A stretch of DNA of 64,000 nucleotides, taken from the NCBI GenBank assembly GCA_021773395.1, contig JAJFKB010000001.1, positions 65,955-129,954 on the forward strand. Direction: 5' to 3'. Source of the DNA: Gammaproteobacteria bacterium (GTDB taxonomy: Bacteria; Pseudomonadota; Gammaproteobacteria; Pseudomonadales; IMCC2047). Shown in pieces: positions 27,758 to 37,122 of the stretch. Under the pieces are notes generated by a model. The model searched no databases. It had not been told where the DNA came from and saw only the letters and a program-made list of their open reading frames with translations. The number at the start of each line of letters is the position of its first letter. Position 1 is the first letter of the stretch. The translations under genes and the position numbers were made by a program.

Positions 27758-30256
27758 TCAGAACTCATAGGTTGCATCCAGATACCACTGGCGCCCACGA
27801 TTAAAGATTTCAGCAGTAAAACCAAAGGAATCCTGCTGGTTACCGAACTCCTTATATTCCTCATCACCAATATTTTCCACACCAGCCGTGACGGAAAAGC
27901 CCGAGTTCGCAGCATCCCAGCGGATACTGGCATTGAAAATATCGTAATCATCCTGAAATTGTGCCGGACTTGGAATTCCGATATCAAAGGGAGCCAACAC
28001 CGCCTTGGGCCCATCGTACGGGACGTTATTAGCGTTGGTTCCGAACTCCGATCGGTAGGACCATTCAACCCTAGGCATCAGGGTGCCCATATCACCCAGG
28101 TCAATCTCTTTGGTAATCTGGATATTTGCATTTAAGTCGGAGATGTTTTCAAATCGACTGCTTTTCGTTAACCCTTGAACACCGGTACCCACTTTGGTCC
28201 GTTCCGGATCCAGGTAACCCAGACTGGCACTGATCAACCAGCTTTCTGCCGGTACCAGCAGCAACTCGAGCTCAATCCCTTTAATCTCCGCATCACCTGC
28301 GTTGGTGACAAAAGGTCCGACGCGAGTCGGATCTGCAACTAGTAGCTGGATATCCGTGTAGTCCGTGAAGAATACCGCTCCGTTCAAACGCAACTTGTTA
28401 TCCCAGCCATCATACTTAAAGCCAATCTCGTAGGATTTCACAAACTCTGGATCAAAATCAGGCAGGTTCGCCTCCGGCGGGAATATACGCTGAGTAAAAC
28501 CACCACCTTTGAAACCTTCGGAGTAGGTCAGATAGGTCATAAAGCTGTTGTTCCAGCGATAGGCCAGGTTTATCATCGGCGTCACTTCTTCAGCGCTGGT
28601 AGTTTCTTCTACGTAGGGCAACACCCGGTCACCAACACCGCAGGGTAAGCCCGTACCCGGACAAGGCGGTAAAGGTAATGGCCCTATCGGGAAAACCTCA
28701 AAAAACTGGTCCGGCAGGTAGCGTTTGGTGTCTTCGGTATAACGCAGCCCGATGGTCACACTCAGCTTGTCCGTGACCTCGTAGGTTCCCTGCCCAAATA
28801 CCGCCCAGGAATCGCTGTCAAAAAATCCACCCGATTGAATGTGTACCTGTGAGAAACGCACCGGGTTAATATTTTTGCCATCCTCTTCGAAATAATAGGC
28901 ACCGAGAATCCACTCCAGGCGATCATCAAAGGCCGTGCCCAGCAGTTGAAACTCCTGACTGAACTGGTCTTGCTCGAAAATATCAATCAACTGGGAGACT
29001 GGCTGGGGAGCACCGTCATTATCGTTAAAAAATTCACCATCAAAGGTACGAAATGCGGTAATGGATTTGAAGGTGAGATTATCGTTAATCTCCCAATCTA
29101 CCGTGACCGAGGCGCCCCAAAGTTCCAGCTCCGATTTTGTCGGATCGGTACCAAAATTTTTGGTTCCCTCTTTCGGCTGAATATAGCGTTGGTTAAAACA
29201 GGCCGGATTATTCAGGTTGGCCTGCTCAAAGCATGCGCCAAAATTGAAAGGCAATCCCGCTGCGGTGGGATCAAAGAACGTTCCTCCGGGTGCAATTCCT
29301 CCCGGTTCAGCCAGCTGAGCCGCCAAAGTATTTTGTGCCAGCGTCATGGAAGGCGCACCTCCTGGCCCAAAAAAACCAGAGTTAATCGGCTCGATACCTG
29401 TAGTTACCAGGGCAGGTCCATTCTCGTCATCCTTGGAGTAATCAAAAGAAAAACTGACCTCCAGGTTATCATTGGCGATCCAAAGCGCTGACAACCTGGC
29501 CGCTATGGTGTCATCATCACCCAGGTCCTTACCGTCAAACACCCGCTCAACGTGGCCATCCTGATTAAAGGAGGCCAGCGAAACCCGCGTCAAAAGGTTG
29601 TCACTGATCGGCACATCCAAACTGCCGTGCAGATTAAGCCGGTCATCCGTACCTATCTTTACGCCCACTTTACCACCGAACTCTTCACTTGGACGTTTGG
29701 TGGTTATGCTCACCGCGCCACCAATGGTGTTTTTCCCAAATAAGGTTCCCTGTGGACCACGCAACACCTCGATACGCTCTACATCCACCAGGTCCAGCAC
29801 CGCACCCACGGAGCGCCCCAGATAAACGCCATCGACATAAATACCAACGCCAGGATCGATCACCGGCGAAAAATCATTCTGACCAATACCACGGATATAG
29901 ACCGCCGCGTTGGTCACACCGGAATTACTCGGTGAACGATTTAGCACTAGATTAGGTGAAAAATTGTCCAGACTGGATAGATCAGTGACGCCACGAATTT
30001 CCAGTCCTTCTCCGGTAAAAGCCGATACCGCTATCGGCGTATCCTGCAAACTCTCCTCGCGTTTTCGCGCGGTGACCACAATCTCTTCGATCGTCAGTCT
30101 CGACTTTTCGTCGGCCGCAAACACTGGCCCAACTCCCATCGCGATAGTAGCCGCCGCAACGCACACGGATAACTGTCCCAAGGGGTTTCGTTTTCTATTG
30201 TCTGTTTTAACCACCGTATTGCCTCCCATTCCTTTTACTTTTATTGCATGACTCAA
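27758..30256 (-). CDS. TonB-dependent outer membrane receptor
   Basis: 832 aa. Signal peptide, TonB box/plug (IEEIVVTARKREESLQDTPIAVSAF, IEVLRGPQGTLFGKNTIGG), and a C-terminal beta-barrel ending in ...YLDATYEF. Confidence 0.9.
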   Translation of the reverse strand: MSHAIKVKGMGGNTVVKTDNRKRNPLGQLSVCVAAATIAMGVGPVFAADEKSRLTIEEIVVTARKREESLQDTPIAVSAFTGEGLEIRGVTDLSSLDNFSPNLVLNRSPSNSGVTNAAVYIRGIGQNDFSPVIDPGVGIYVDGVYLGRSVGAVLDLVDVERIEVLRGPQGTLFGKNTIGGAVSITTKRPSEEFGGKVGVKIGTDDRLNLHGSLDVPISDNLLTRVSLASFNQDGHVERVFDGKDLGDDDTIAARLSALWIANDNLEVSFSFDYSKDDENGPALVTTGIEPINSGFFGPGGAPSMTLAQNTLAAQLAEPGGIAPGGTFFDPTAAGLPFNFGACFEQANLNNPACFNQRYIQPKEGTKNFGTDPTKSELELWGASVTVDWEINDNLTFKSITAFRTFDGEFFNDNDGAPQPVSQLIDIFEQDQFSQEFQLLGTAFDDRLEWILGAYYFEEDGKNINPVRFSQVHIQSGGFFDSDSWAVFGQGTYEVTDKLSVTIGLRYTEDTKRYLPDQFFEVFPIGPLPLPPCPGTGLPCGVGDRVLPYVEETTSAEEVTPMINLAYRWNNSFMTYLTYSEGFKGGGFTQRIFPPEANLPDFDPEFVKSYEIGFKYDGWDNKLRLNGAVFFTDYTDIQLLVADPTRVGPFVTNAGDAEIKGIELELLLVPAESWLISASLGYLDPERTKVGTGVQGLTKSSRFENISDLNANIQITKEIDLGDMGTLMPRVEWSYRSEFGTNANNVPYDGPKAVLAPFDIGIPSPAQFQDDYDIFNASIRWDAANSGFSVTAGVENIGDEEYKEFGNQQDSFGFTAEIFNRGRQWYLDATYEF

Positions 30257-30354
30257 TGCTCGACAATTTATAAGGTATTCTATTTTTCAGGCTTTGTTGG
30301 TAATTTGGTATTTATTGCCCGAGCATCGCTACCAACCCACTTTAATGTACCTCG

Positions 30355-30399
30355 ATTCGCAACAACCAAGTATGCGAATTACGCAGCAATTATGCGAAT
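30355..30399. promoter_or_regulatory. ATTCGCA-N11-TGCGAAT inverted repeat plus a second TATGCGAAT copy in the TBDR/trpB-like divergent intergenic region
   Basis: Read directly: ATTCGCA 30355-30361, an 11-nt spacer, TGCGAAT 30373-30379. TATGCGAAT recurs at 30391-30399, 20 nt later. Confidence 0.3.
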
Positions 30400-30539
30400 C
30401 AGGCATTTATTTACGAACTCTACCGAGCCACATGGGCAATTCGCTACCGCCAATCTCAATTTGCTTAGTTAGACCAGACAATTTATACTTCGCCCCCTGT
30501 CAAAAATCGTGAAATTATTTCAAGTATTTAGAGGCCAGT

Positions 30540-31745
30540 ATGAGCAAATATGAATTTCTTCCAATGCCTGATGCGCGTGGCTATTTTGGAGAGTATGGGG
30601 GTCAGGAAAACATCCCCCCGGAACTCAAGCAGGTGATGGATAATATCTATCAAACCTACTGCGATATCCGTAATACGGAAGGATTCCAGTCTGAACTGCA
30701 GAACCTGTTTCAACACTACGTTGGAAGACCCAGCCCGGTCTATTTTGCCAAACGGCTTTCGCAACAACTGGGCGGAGCTCAGATCTACCTTAAAAGAGAG
30801 GATCTTAACCATACCGGCGCTCACAAAATCAATCATTGCCTCGGTGAAGCTCTGCTCGCGAAACACATGGGTAAATCAAAAGTGCTCGCTGAGACTGGGG
30901 CCGGCCAGCATGGCGTTGCATTAGCCACTGCCTGTGCGCTACTCGACATGCCGTGTGAGATCCATATGGGTGAAGTTGACGTGCTTAAAGAACACCCCAA
31001 CGTTACGCGCATGAAAATCCTTGGTGCAAAAGTCATTTCGGTCACTCGCGGCACCCGAACCTTGAAAGATGCAGTGGATAGCGCCTTCGAAGCCTATCTG
31101 GCGGACCCGCAAAACTACTTCTATGCCATCGGCTCAGTCGTCGGGCCACACCCCTTCCCGCAAATGGTCAGGGATTTCCAACGTATCGTCGGCGACGAGG
31201 CACGTGTACAGTTTCAGGAAATGACCGGACAGCTACCTGATCAGATTATTGCCTGTGTCGGCGGCGGCAGCAATGCCATTGGTATTTTTACAGCCTTCCT
31301 GGAAGACGATGAGGTTAAAATTACCGGCGTTGAACCGAGCGGCCATGGCCTGAACACACCGGATCACGCTGCCACCTTAACTAAGGGTAGGCCGGGAAGC
31401 CTGCACGGCTACAAGTCATATGTACTGATGGATGAGCAGGGCGAGGCGCTGCCTGTATACTCAATCGCATCGGGCCTGGACTATCCGTCAGTTGGGCCTC
31501 AGCACAGTTATCTGCATGATATTAAACGCGTTGAGTATGTCGCTGCAGATGACAAAGAGTGTCTGGACGCCTTTATGAGACTCTCTCGGACCGAAGGTAT
31601 TATCCCTGCACTTGAGAGCGCACATGCGCTGGCCCACGCAATTAGAATCGCTCCCGAGTTGAGCCCGGATTACAAAATTCTGGTTAATTTGAGCGGTCGT
31701 GGTGATAAAGATGTGGACTTTGTCGCCGAGAAACTGGGATTGTAG
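30540..31745 (+). CDS. trpB: tryptophan synthase beta-subunit-like PLP enzyme (stand-alone, divergent)
   Basis: 401 aa. [15 protein letters not shown] (PLP Lys), [19 protein letters not shown]. Several normally invariant TrpB1 blocks differ ([24 protein letters not shown]). No trpA is adjacent. Confidence 0.75.
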   Translation: MSKYEFLPMPDARGYFGEYGGQENIPPELKQVMDNIYQTYCDIRNTEGFQSELQNLFQHYVGRPSPVYFAKRLSQQLGGAQIYLKREDLNHTGAHKINHCLGEALLAKHMGKSKVLAETGAGQHGVALATACALLDMPCEIHMGEVDVLKEHPNVTRMKILGAKVISVTRGTRTLKDAVDSAFEAYLADPQNYFYAIGSVVGPHPFPQMVRDFQRIVGDEARVQFQEMTGQLPDQIIACVGGGSNAIGIFTAFLEDDEVKITGVEPSGHGLNTPDHAATLTKGRPGSLHGYKSYVLMDEQGEALPVYSIASGLDYPSVGPQHSYLHDIKRVEYVAADDKECLDAFMRLSRTEGIIPALESAHALAHAIRIAPELSPDYKILVNLSGRGDKDVDFVAEKLGL

Positions 31746-31778
31746 CGACATATATCGTCCCTAAATACCCCATAATAA

Positions 31779-31810
31779 GGGGCGAAGCGATTCGCTTCCC
31801 CCTTCTCTTA
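31779..31810 (+). terminator. rho-independent terminator after the trpB-like gene
   Basis: GGGGcGAAGCG-ATT-CGCTTCCCCC hairpin followed by TTCTCTT. Confidence 0.55.
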
Positions 31811-31886
31811 AGCCCCCGGGGCCCTCAACACTTATTTGATTAAGAATCAAGCAGATCATGCTATACTTGCGCCCTTATTAAATTAG

Positions 31887-33371
31887 GTGCAAGAGGCAAA
31901 TTTGATCCGTAAGCTGTTCCAAAAAAGAGCAAAGACTGAAAGTACCACCCCGGTCACACCACCCGCCACTAACAAACCCACAAATAGCGGGGTTAAGAGC
32001 ACAGGTAATCAGGGAGCTAAACGACAGGGTCATCGCCGCAAAAAGTCTCACCCAAAAAAACCTGCTCAACCCTGGAGCCTGACTCAGTTCGAGGTCCCAG
32101 AACTGGAAGGCAAGACCCGATTTCATGATCTGGACCTGCAGATCGATTTAATGCATGGCATTGCTGATCTTGGTTTTGAATACTGCTCCCCTATTCAAGC
32201 GCAATCCTTACCACAAACACTAACAGGGCATGACCTGATAGGAAAGGCGCAAACTGGAACCGGAAAAACAGCAGCCTTTTTGATTACTATCATTCAAGAT
32301 CTGCTCAACCACAAACCTGAGGGAGAGCGCTTTGCGCATGAACCTCGTGCCTTGATCATTGCACCCACCCGTGAGCTGGCACTGCAAATTGCCGAGGACT
32401 CTGAATCCCTAAACCGTTACACCGGGCTTAAGACGCATGTATTAGTGGGCGGCATGGATTACGGTAAACAACAGAAACGCTTGAACAATGAGATTGTTGA
32501 TATTCTGGTTGCGACCCCGGGGCGACTGCTGGATTTTAGCAGCAACAAAGATGTCTATCTCGATCAGATTGAAATCATGGTGATCGACGAAGGGGACCGA
32601 ATGCTCGATATGGGTTTTATTCCTCAGGTCAGACGTATTATTCGTCTAACCCCCCAGAAAATACATCGCCAGACTTTGCTCTTTTCAGCGACATTCACCA
32701 CCGATGTACTGACTCTTGCTGACCAGTGGACGGTTGATGCCAAAAAAGTGGAAATTGAACCGGATAGCATTGCCACGGATACGGTTAAACAGCACGTTTA
32801 TATGTGTGCCACCGACGAAAAATACACACTACTGTATAACCTTCTTCAACAATCTGATACCGACAACGTTATCGTTTTCGCCAATCGCAGAGACCAGTGC
32901 CGTAATTTGCATGAAAAACTGCTGCGACACGGTTTTAAAGCCGGGCTACTCTCCGGCGAAATCGCCCAAAACAGACGTGTCAGGACGTTAGATGACTTTA
33001 AATCCGATAAGCTCGATGTCCTGGTAGCGACTGATGTCGCTGGTCGCGGGATTCATATAGACGGTATCAGCCATGTGGTTAACTACACACTGCCGGAAGA
33101 ACCGGAAGACTATGTCCACCGCATCGGGCGAACCGGCCGCGCCGGAAAAAGCGGTACCTCAGTCAGTTTTGCCTGCGAAGAAGATGCCTTTCATCTGATA
33201 CCTATTGAGCAATTGCTGGGTAAAAAAATAGAATGTGAACACCCTCCCCAACAGTTATTGGTAGCGACTCCAGCGCTTGGCAAACCCCTTCCTTCGGCAA
33301 AAAGAACACCAGCCCAATCAAAAAACGGTTCTAAGTCAAGCCAATCACGACATAGAAGCAGAGGGCGTTAG
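31887..33371 (+). CDS. rhlB: DEAD-box ATP-dependent RNA helicase (RhlB-like)
   Basis: 494 aa. Q-motif region, [14 protein letters not shown], the DEGD variant of DEAD ([14 protein letters not shown]), SAT and [10 protein letters not shown]. Basic N- and C-terminal tails. Confidence 0.8.
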   Translation: MQEANLIRKLFQKRAKTESTTPVTPPATNKPTNSGVKSTGNQGAKRQGHRRKKSHPKKPAQPWSLTQFEVPELEGKTRFHDLDLQIDLMHGIADLGFEYCSPIQAQSLPQTLTGHDLIGKAQTGTGKTAAFLITIIQDLLNHKPEGERFAHEPRALIIAPTRELALQIAEDSESLNRYTGLKTHVLVGGMDYGKQQKRLNNEIVDILVATPGRLLDFSSNKDVYLDQIEIMVIDEGDRMLDMGFIPQVRRIIRLTPQKIHRQTLLFSATFTTDVLTLADQWTVDAKKVEIEPDSIATDTVKQHVYMCATDEKYTLLYNLLQQSDTDNVIVFANRRDQCRNLHEKLLRHGFKAGLLSGEIAQNRRVRTLDDFKSDKLDVLVATDVAGRGIHIDGISHVVNYTLPEEPEDYVHRIGRTGRAGKSGTSVSFACEEDAFHLIPIEQLLGKKIECEHPPQQLLVATPALGKPLPSAKRTPAQSKNGSKSSQSRHRSRGR

Positions 33372-33373
33372 CG

Positions 33374-34495
33374 TTACCTTTCTGATAACGCAGTATCAAT
33401 TGTGCGTAATAGTGCCTCTGTTGTTTCCCAGCCGATGCATTCATCGGTTATCGAAACACCATAGTCCATTAATTCAGGAGTGATGCTCAAGGCTTGATTA
33501 CCTGGATTAATATGACTCTCCAACATTAACCCGGCTATCGCTTTTTCCCCCTGACTAAATTGAATTAACAGATTCTCTACTACCTTTGATTGATTACTCG
33601 CATTTTTACCGCTGTTAGCATGACTGCAGTCAACGACAATCCTGGCTTCTATGCTGGCCTGCGCGAGCATCTTTTTGCAATGCTCGATCGAGTCGGGATC
33701 GTAGTTAGAACCTGACTTACCACCACGCAAGATAATATGGCTACTCTGATTCCCGACAGTCGTTATCGCACTCATACGCCCGTGCCTATCAATCCCAGCA
33801 AAACAGTGTTCCGAGCGCACCGCAAGCAGTCCATTGACTGCAGCTTCAATACAGCCGTTGGTCGCATTTTTAATGCCAACTGGTGATGACAATCCACTGG
33901 CAAACTGACGGTGCAACTGCGACTCCGCGGTGCGCGCACCAATTGCCGTCCAACTAACCAAATCCTGATAATAATGAGCCAGATTGGGCTCCAGGGCTTC
34001 TGTAGCGACCGGCACTCCCAAGGCCGTAATGTCGAGTAATATCCGTCTAACTAACGCGATGCCCGCAGCAATATCGCAACTGCCATCCAGATTAGGATCG
34101 TTAATCAAGCCCTTCCAGCCGAGTGCCGTACGTGGCTTTTCAAAATAGCAACGCATCACTAAACACAGCTGACCAGAAAGCTCTAACGATAATTTTCTAA
34201 GTCGGCGCGCATAATCCAGAGCCGACTCATAATCATGAATTGAGCAGGGGCCAACAATGACAAGTAGTCGCTGGTCCTTTCCTGCTAAAATCGCCTTGAT
34301 ATCCTTTCTTGCAGTTGCCACACATTTTGCACTAACCGCTGTGGCGGGCAACTTATCCAACAACTCGGCAGGTGACGCCAGCGACTGCACATTTTGCTCT
34401 CGTACCTCGCAATCATTCAATAACAAGGCCGTATCAAACTGCGCCCGCTGAAGCACTTCCTTTTCTGACCTGCTGTCCATACAAATTTCACTCAT
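33374..34495 (-). CDS. class I 3-deoxy-7-phosphoheptulonate (DAHP) synthase
   Basis: 373 aa. LLVIVGPCSIHD, KPRT..GWKGL, GARTAESQ.HR and DCSHANS motifs of AroF/G/H-type enzymes. The isozyme (feedback specificity) cannot be told from sequence by eye. Confidence 0.9.
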   Translation of the reverse strand: MSEICMDSRSEKEVLQRAQFDTALLLNDCEVREQNVQSLASPAELLDKLPATAVSAKCVATARKDIKAILAGKDQRLLVIVGPCSIHDYESALDYARRLRKLSLELSGQLCLVMRCYFEKPRTALGWKGLINDPNLDGSCDIAAGIALVRRILLDITALGVPVATEALEPNLAHYYQDLVSWTAIGARTAESQLHRQFASGLSSPVGIKNATNGCIEAAVNGLLAVRSEHCFAGIDRHGRMSAITTVGNQSSHIILRGGKSGSNYDPDSIEHCKKMLAQASIEARIVVDCSHANSGKNASNQSKVVENLLIQFSQGEKAIAGLMLESHINPGNQALSITPELMDYGVSITDECIGWETTEALLRTIDTALSER

Positions 34496-34531
34496 AAAAA
34501 AACCCTCGGATTGCGATCTGCCCTCCGAGGG
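34496..34531 (-). terminator. intrinsic-terminator-like hairpin plus U7 abutting the DAHP synthase start codon (candidate attenuator)
   Basis: The minus strand reads CCCTCGGA-GGGCAGATCGCAA-TCCGAGGG-TTTTTTT-ATG. The only Shine-Dalgarno-like sequence (GAGGG) lies inside the 3' arm. Confidence 0.55.
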
Positions 34532-34593
34532 TTTCTATTCCTAGGTAAGGCAGCTTGTTTAAACTGCCTTACTTGTATAGGGATTAGGCGAGC

Positions 34594-34692
34594 TTAAACG
34601 TGGTCTCCAAAATAAAAACCAAAAAAGCTACGCCACTGAACGCAAAATTCCAGTGCCGATGCTGCCTGTTGATTTACCCTATTTGTATTCAT
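34594..34692 (-). CDS. candidate aromatic-rich leader peptide (32 aa)
   Basis: Manual translation gives MNTNRVNQQAASALEFCVQWRSFFGFYFGDHV*. Seven aromatic residues, with FFGFYF in six consecutive codons. Followed by two hairpins (34546-34571 and 34503-34531). Below the ORF-track size cutoff. Confidence 0.5.
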   Translation of the reverse strand: MNTNRVNQQAASALEFCVQWRSFFGFYFGDHV

Positions 34693-34768
34693 GGTTTGCT
34701 ATCTTATTGATTTTCACGAAAAACACAAGTTCTTTCTAGGGAACCTATAAGAACTTAAGTTCGACCAC

Positions 34769-35827
34769 TTAAATCACACCTCTTTTAATCTGATCCATTT
34801 CGATAGACTCAAATAACGCCTGAAAATTACCTTCACCGAAGCCTTCGTTACCCTTACGCTGAATAAACTCGAAGAAGATCGGGCCAATAACATTGGTCGA
34901 GAAAATCTGCAGCAATAATCCCTGCCCTTCTGTCGGAGCTCCATCAATCAATATCCTTCGCGTACGCATCGCCTCAACATCCTCTCCATGCCCAGGTAAC
35001 CGTTTATCGATCAGCTCGTAGTAGGTTTCGGGAGTTTCCTGCATCACAACACCACTGGCCTTGAGCACATCCACTGTTTTATAAAGATCATCTGTGCCTA
35101 GCGCTATATGCTGAATACCCTCTCCGTTGTATTCGTTCAGGTACTCAACGATCTGCGATTTATCATCTCTAGACTCGTTAATTGGAATGCGGATTTTACC
35201 GCATGGACTCGTCATGGCACGACTAACCAGCCCCGTGCGCTGCCCTTCGATATCGAAATAACGGATTTCTCGGAAATTAAATATATGCTCATAGAACCCG
35301 GACCACTTATCCATATTGCCACGCCTAACATTATGTGTCAGATGGTCTATATAGGTCAGTCCGGCATCACAGGGTGAACTTATTTCATCATATGCTAGTG
35401 GCTCAAAATCGATATCATAGATAGTGCTCTCGGCATAGCGATCAACCAGATACAGGCGGCTTCCTCCGATACCCTCAATGGCGGGAATATTTAATTCCAT
35501 CGGCCCAATATTGCTTTCCACTGGAGTGGCACCAAGCTCAATGGCCCGAGCATAGGCCTTCGCAGCATCTTTAACCCTAAATGCCATGGCACAGGCCGAA
35601 GGACCATGCTTTCGCGCAAAATCCTGGGCGAACGAGTTGGTTTCCGCATTGATAATAAAATTTATATCACCCTGCTTATGCAGGGTTACATTTTTTGAAC
35701 GATGCCTGGCGACCGCAGGAAACCCCATCTTGTGAAAAAGCTCGCGCAGAAGATCTGGATCGGGCGCTGTATACTCTACAAATTCAAAACCATCTGTCCC
35801 TGCCGGGTTTTCAAATAAATCATTCAT
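34769..35827 (-). CDS. hppD: 4-hydroxyphenylpyruvate dioxygenase
   Basis: 352 aa. [10 protein letters not shown], two VOC domains, GIQHIAL, LLLQIFS and FFEFIQRKG are typical HppD. Confidence 0.92.
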   Translation of the reverse strand: MNDLFENPAGTDGFEFVEYTAPDPDLLRELFHKMGFPAVARHRSKNVTLHKQGDINFIINAETNSFAQDFARKHGPSACAMAFRVKDAAKAYARAIELGATPVESNIGPMELNIPAIEGIGGSRLYLVDRYAESTIYDIDFEPLAYDEISSPCDAGLTYIDHLTHNVRRGNMDKWSGFYEHIFNFREIRYFDIEGQRTGLVSRAMTSPCGKIRIPINESRDDKSQIVEYLNEYNGEGIQHIALGTDDLYKTVDVLKASGVVMQETPETYYELIDKRLPGHGEDVEAMRTRRILIDGAPTEGQGLLLQIFSTNVIGPIFFEFIQRKGNEGFGEGNFQALFESIEMDQIKRGVI

Positions 35828-36035
35828 TTTAATAGGCTCTTGTTGAAATTTATTTTATAACTAAAATAATACGCCTGAATAAATGAGTTATTTTTCCTTA
35901 TACGAATGAAAACAATAAATATTCGGAATGAAAACCCGAATAGTATAATAATATGGGTAAATTTCCCGTTTTTACACTCTTGACCGGCACACCAGCCGCT
36001 CAAGAATGCGTATCAAACTCAATTAATGGGCGACA

Positions 36036-36503
36036 TCAAGGCGGTGTAAGTCTGGTACTGTACTTAACTTCACGCAATGTAAAACTGGAAGACGCCGAGT
36101 CAACCAGCGAATGATTCAGCACCTGCCGCGTTAACAGTCTTTCAAAAGCGGCCACATCTTCTACCACTATTTTTAGAATATAGTCATGGCTTCCCGAGAC
36201 CGCATAACACTCAGTGATCTCCGAAAGTGAGGCAACAAACCCTTCAAACTCCAATCGCGTTTCATCACTGTGATGACTGAGCTTAACATTACAGATCACA
36301 CACACATCCAGACCAATCGCATGACGATCTACCAGCGCAACGCGAGCACTAATAACACCCTTGCTTTCTAAACTCTGAATACGTCGCCACACAGAGGTTG
36401 GAGAACTTCCAATACGGTCAGCTATTTCCTGGTGCGTAAGACGTGCATCTTTCTGCATCAATTCAAGTATGTTTCGATCAATTCGATCCAGCTTAGCGCT
36501 CAT
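36036..36503 (-). CDS. Lrp/AsnC-family transcriptional regulator
   Basis: 155 aa. LDRIDRNILELMQKDARLTHQEIADRIGSSPTSVWRRIQSLE HTH plus a RAM/ACT-like C-terminal domain. Confidence 0.85.
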   Translation of the reverse strand: MSAKLDRIDRNILELMQKDARLTHQEIADRIGSSPTSVWRRIQSLESKGVISARVALVDRHAIGLDVCVICNVKLSHHSDETRLEFEGFVASLSEITECYAVSGSHDYILKIVVEDVAAFERLLTRQVLNHSLVDSASSSFTLREVKYSTRLTPP

Positions 36504-36574
36504 CGCAGCGACCCTGTGTAGTTAGGTTGTGTGTAGTTAGGTTAATAGTTAAAGTTGACCGTTAAGGTTAATAA

Positions 36575-37036
36575 TTAGATCTTTGTAATGCTAGTAACAC
36601 GCCTATCCAGATGATTCAGCAGATTGTAAAGTGCCTCCTGCTGTTGTCCGTCGAGCTCCATTAACAGAGCTTTTTCCCACTCCAGAGCTTTTTTGGCAAT
36701 TTCTTTATAGAGCTTGACTCCCTGATCATTTAACGCAAGCCGTATAGCCCGGCTATCGCTGTCATCCTTTTGTCTTACCAGGCAGCCCTTTTTGTCCAGC
36801 GCGCTAACCGCTCGCGAAACCTTAACCTTGTCCATATGGGTCTGTAACCCTATTTCCTTAGCCAATAACTCCGGGTATTCAGCGAGCGTTGCCAGAATAC
36901 GCCATTCCGCCACACTGATACCAAATTGGTCTGAATAAATTCGTGACAGCGCCAGGCTGACACGTTCTGCCAGATTATTCAGCCGGTAAGGGATAAAATT
37001 CTTTAACTTAACTTTCGGACTACAATCGTTACCCAC
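36575..37036 (-). CDS. MarR-family transcriptional regulator (likely homogentisate-pathway repressor)
   Basis: The ORF track extends to a TTG at 37117. A GTG at 37036, preceded by GGAAAG, gives a typical 153-aa MarR (ISVAEWRILATL..., VSRAVSALDKKG winged helix). Divergent from hmgA. Confidence 0.78.
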   Translation of the reverse strand: MGNDCSPKVKLKNFIPYRLNNLAERVSLALSRIYSDQFGISVAEWRILATLAEYPELLAKEIGLQTHMDKVKVSRAVSALDKKGCLVRQKDDSDSRAIRLALNDQGVKLYKEIAKKALEWEKALLMELDGQQQEALYNLLNHLDRRVTSITKI

Positions 37037-37122
37037 TGTTCTTTCCAAATAGAAGTATTTAATTTTCGCTCTGCTAAACGCTTGCCAGAGTTTAAGCGCA
37101 AAACAAAGCGGTTGCAAAAGAG

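Noticed and set aside
31887-33371. The DEAD-box helicase, the HD-GYP protein (47519..48850) and the WD40 protein, considered as parts of a defence or signalling island.
   Set aside because: Each is monocistronic and flanked by housekeeping genes. No nuclease, methylase, ATPase-partner, integrase or mobile-element boundaries are present. RhlB-like and HD-GYP proteins are ordinary core functions.
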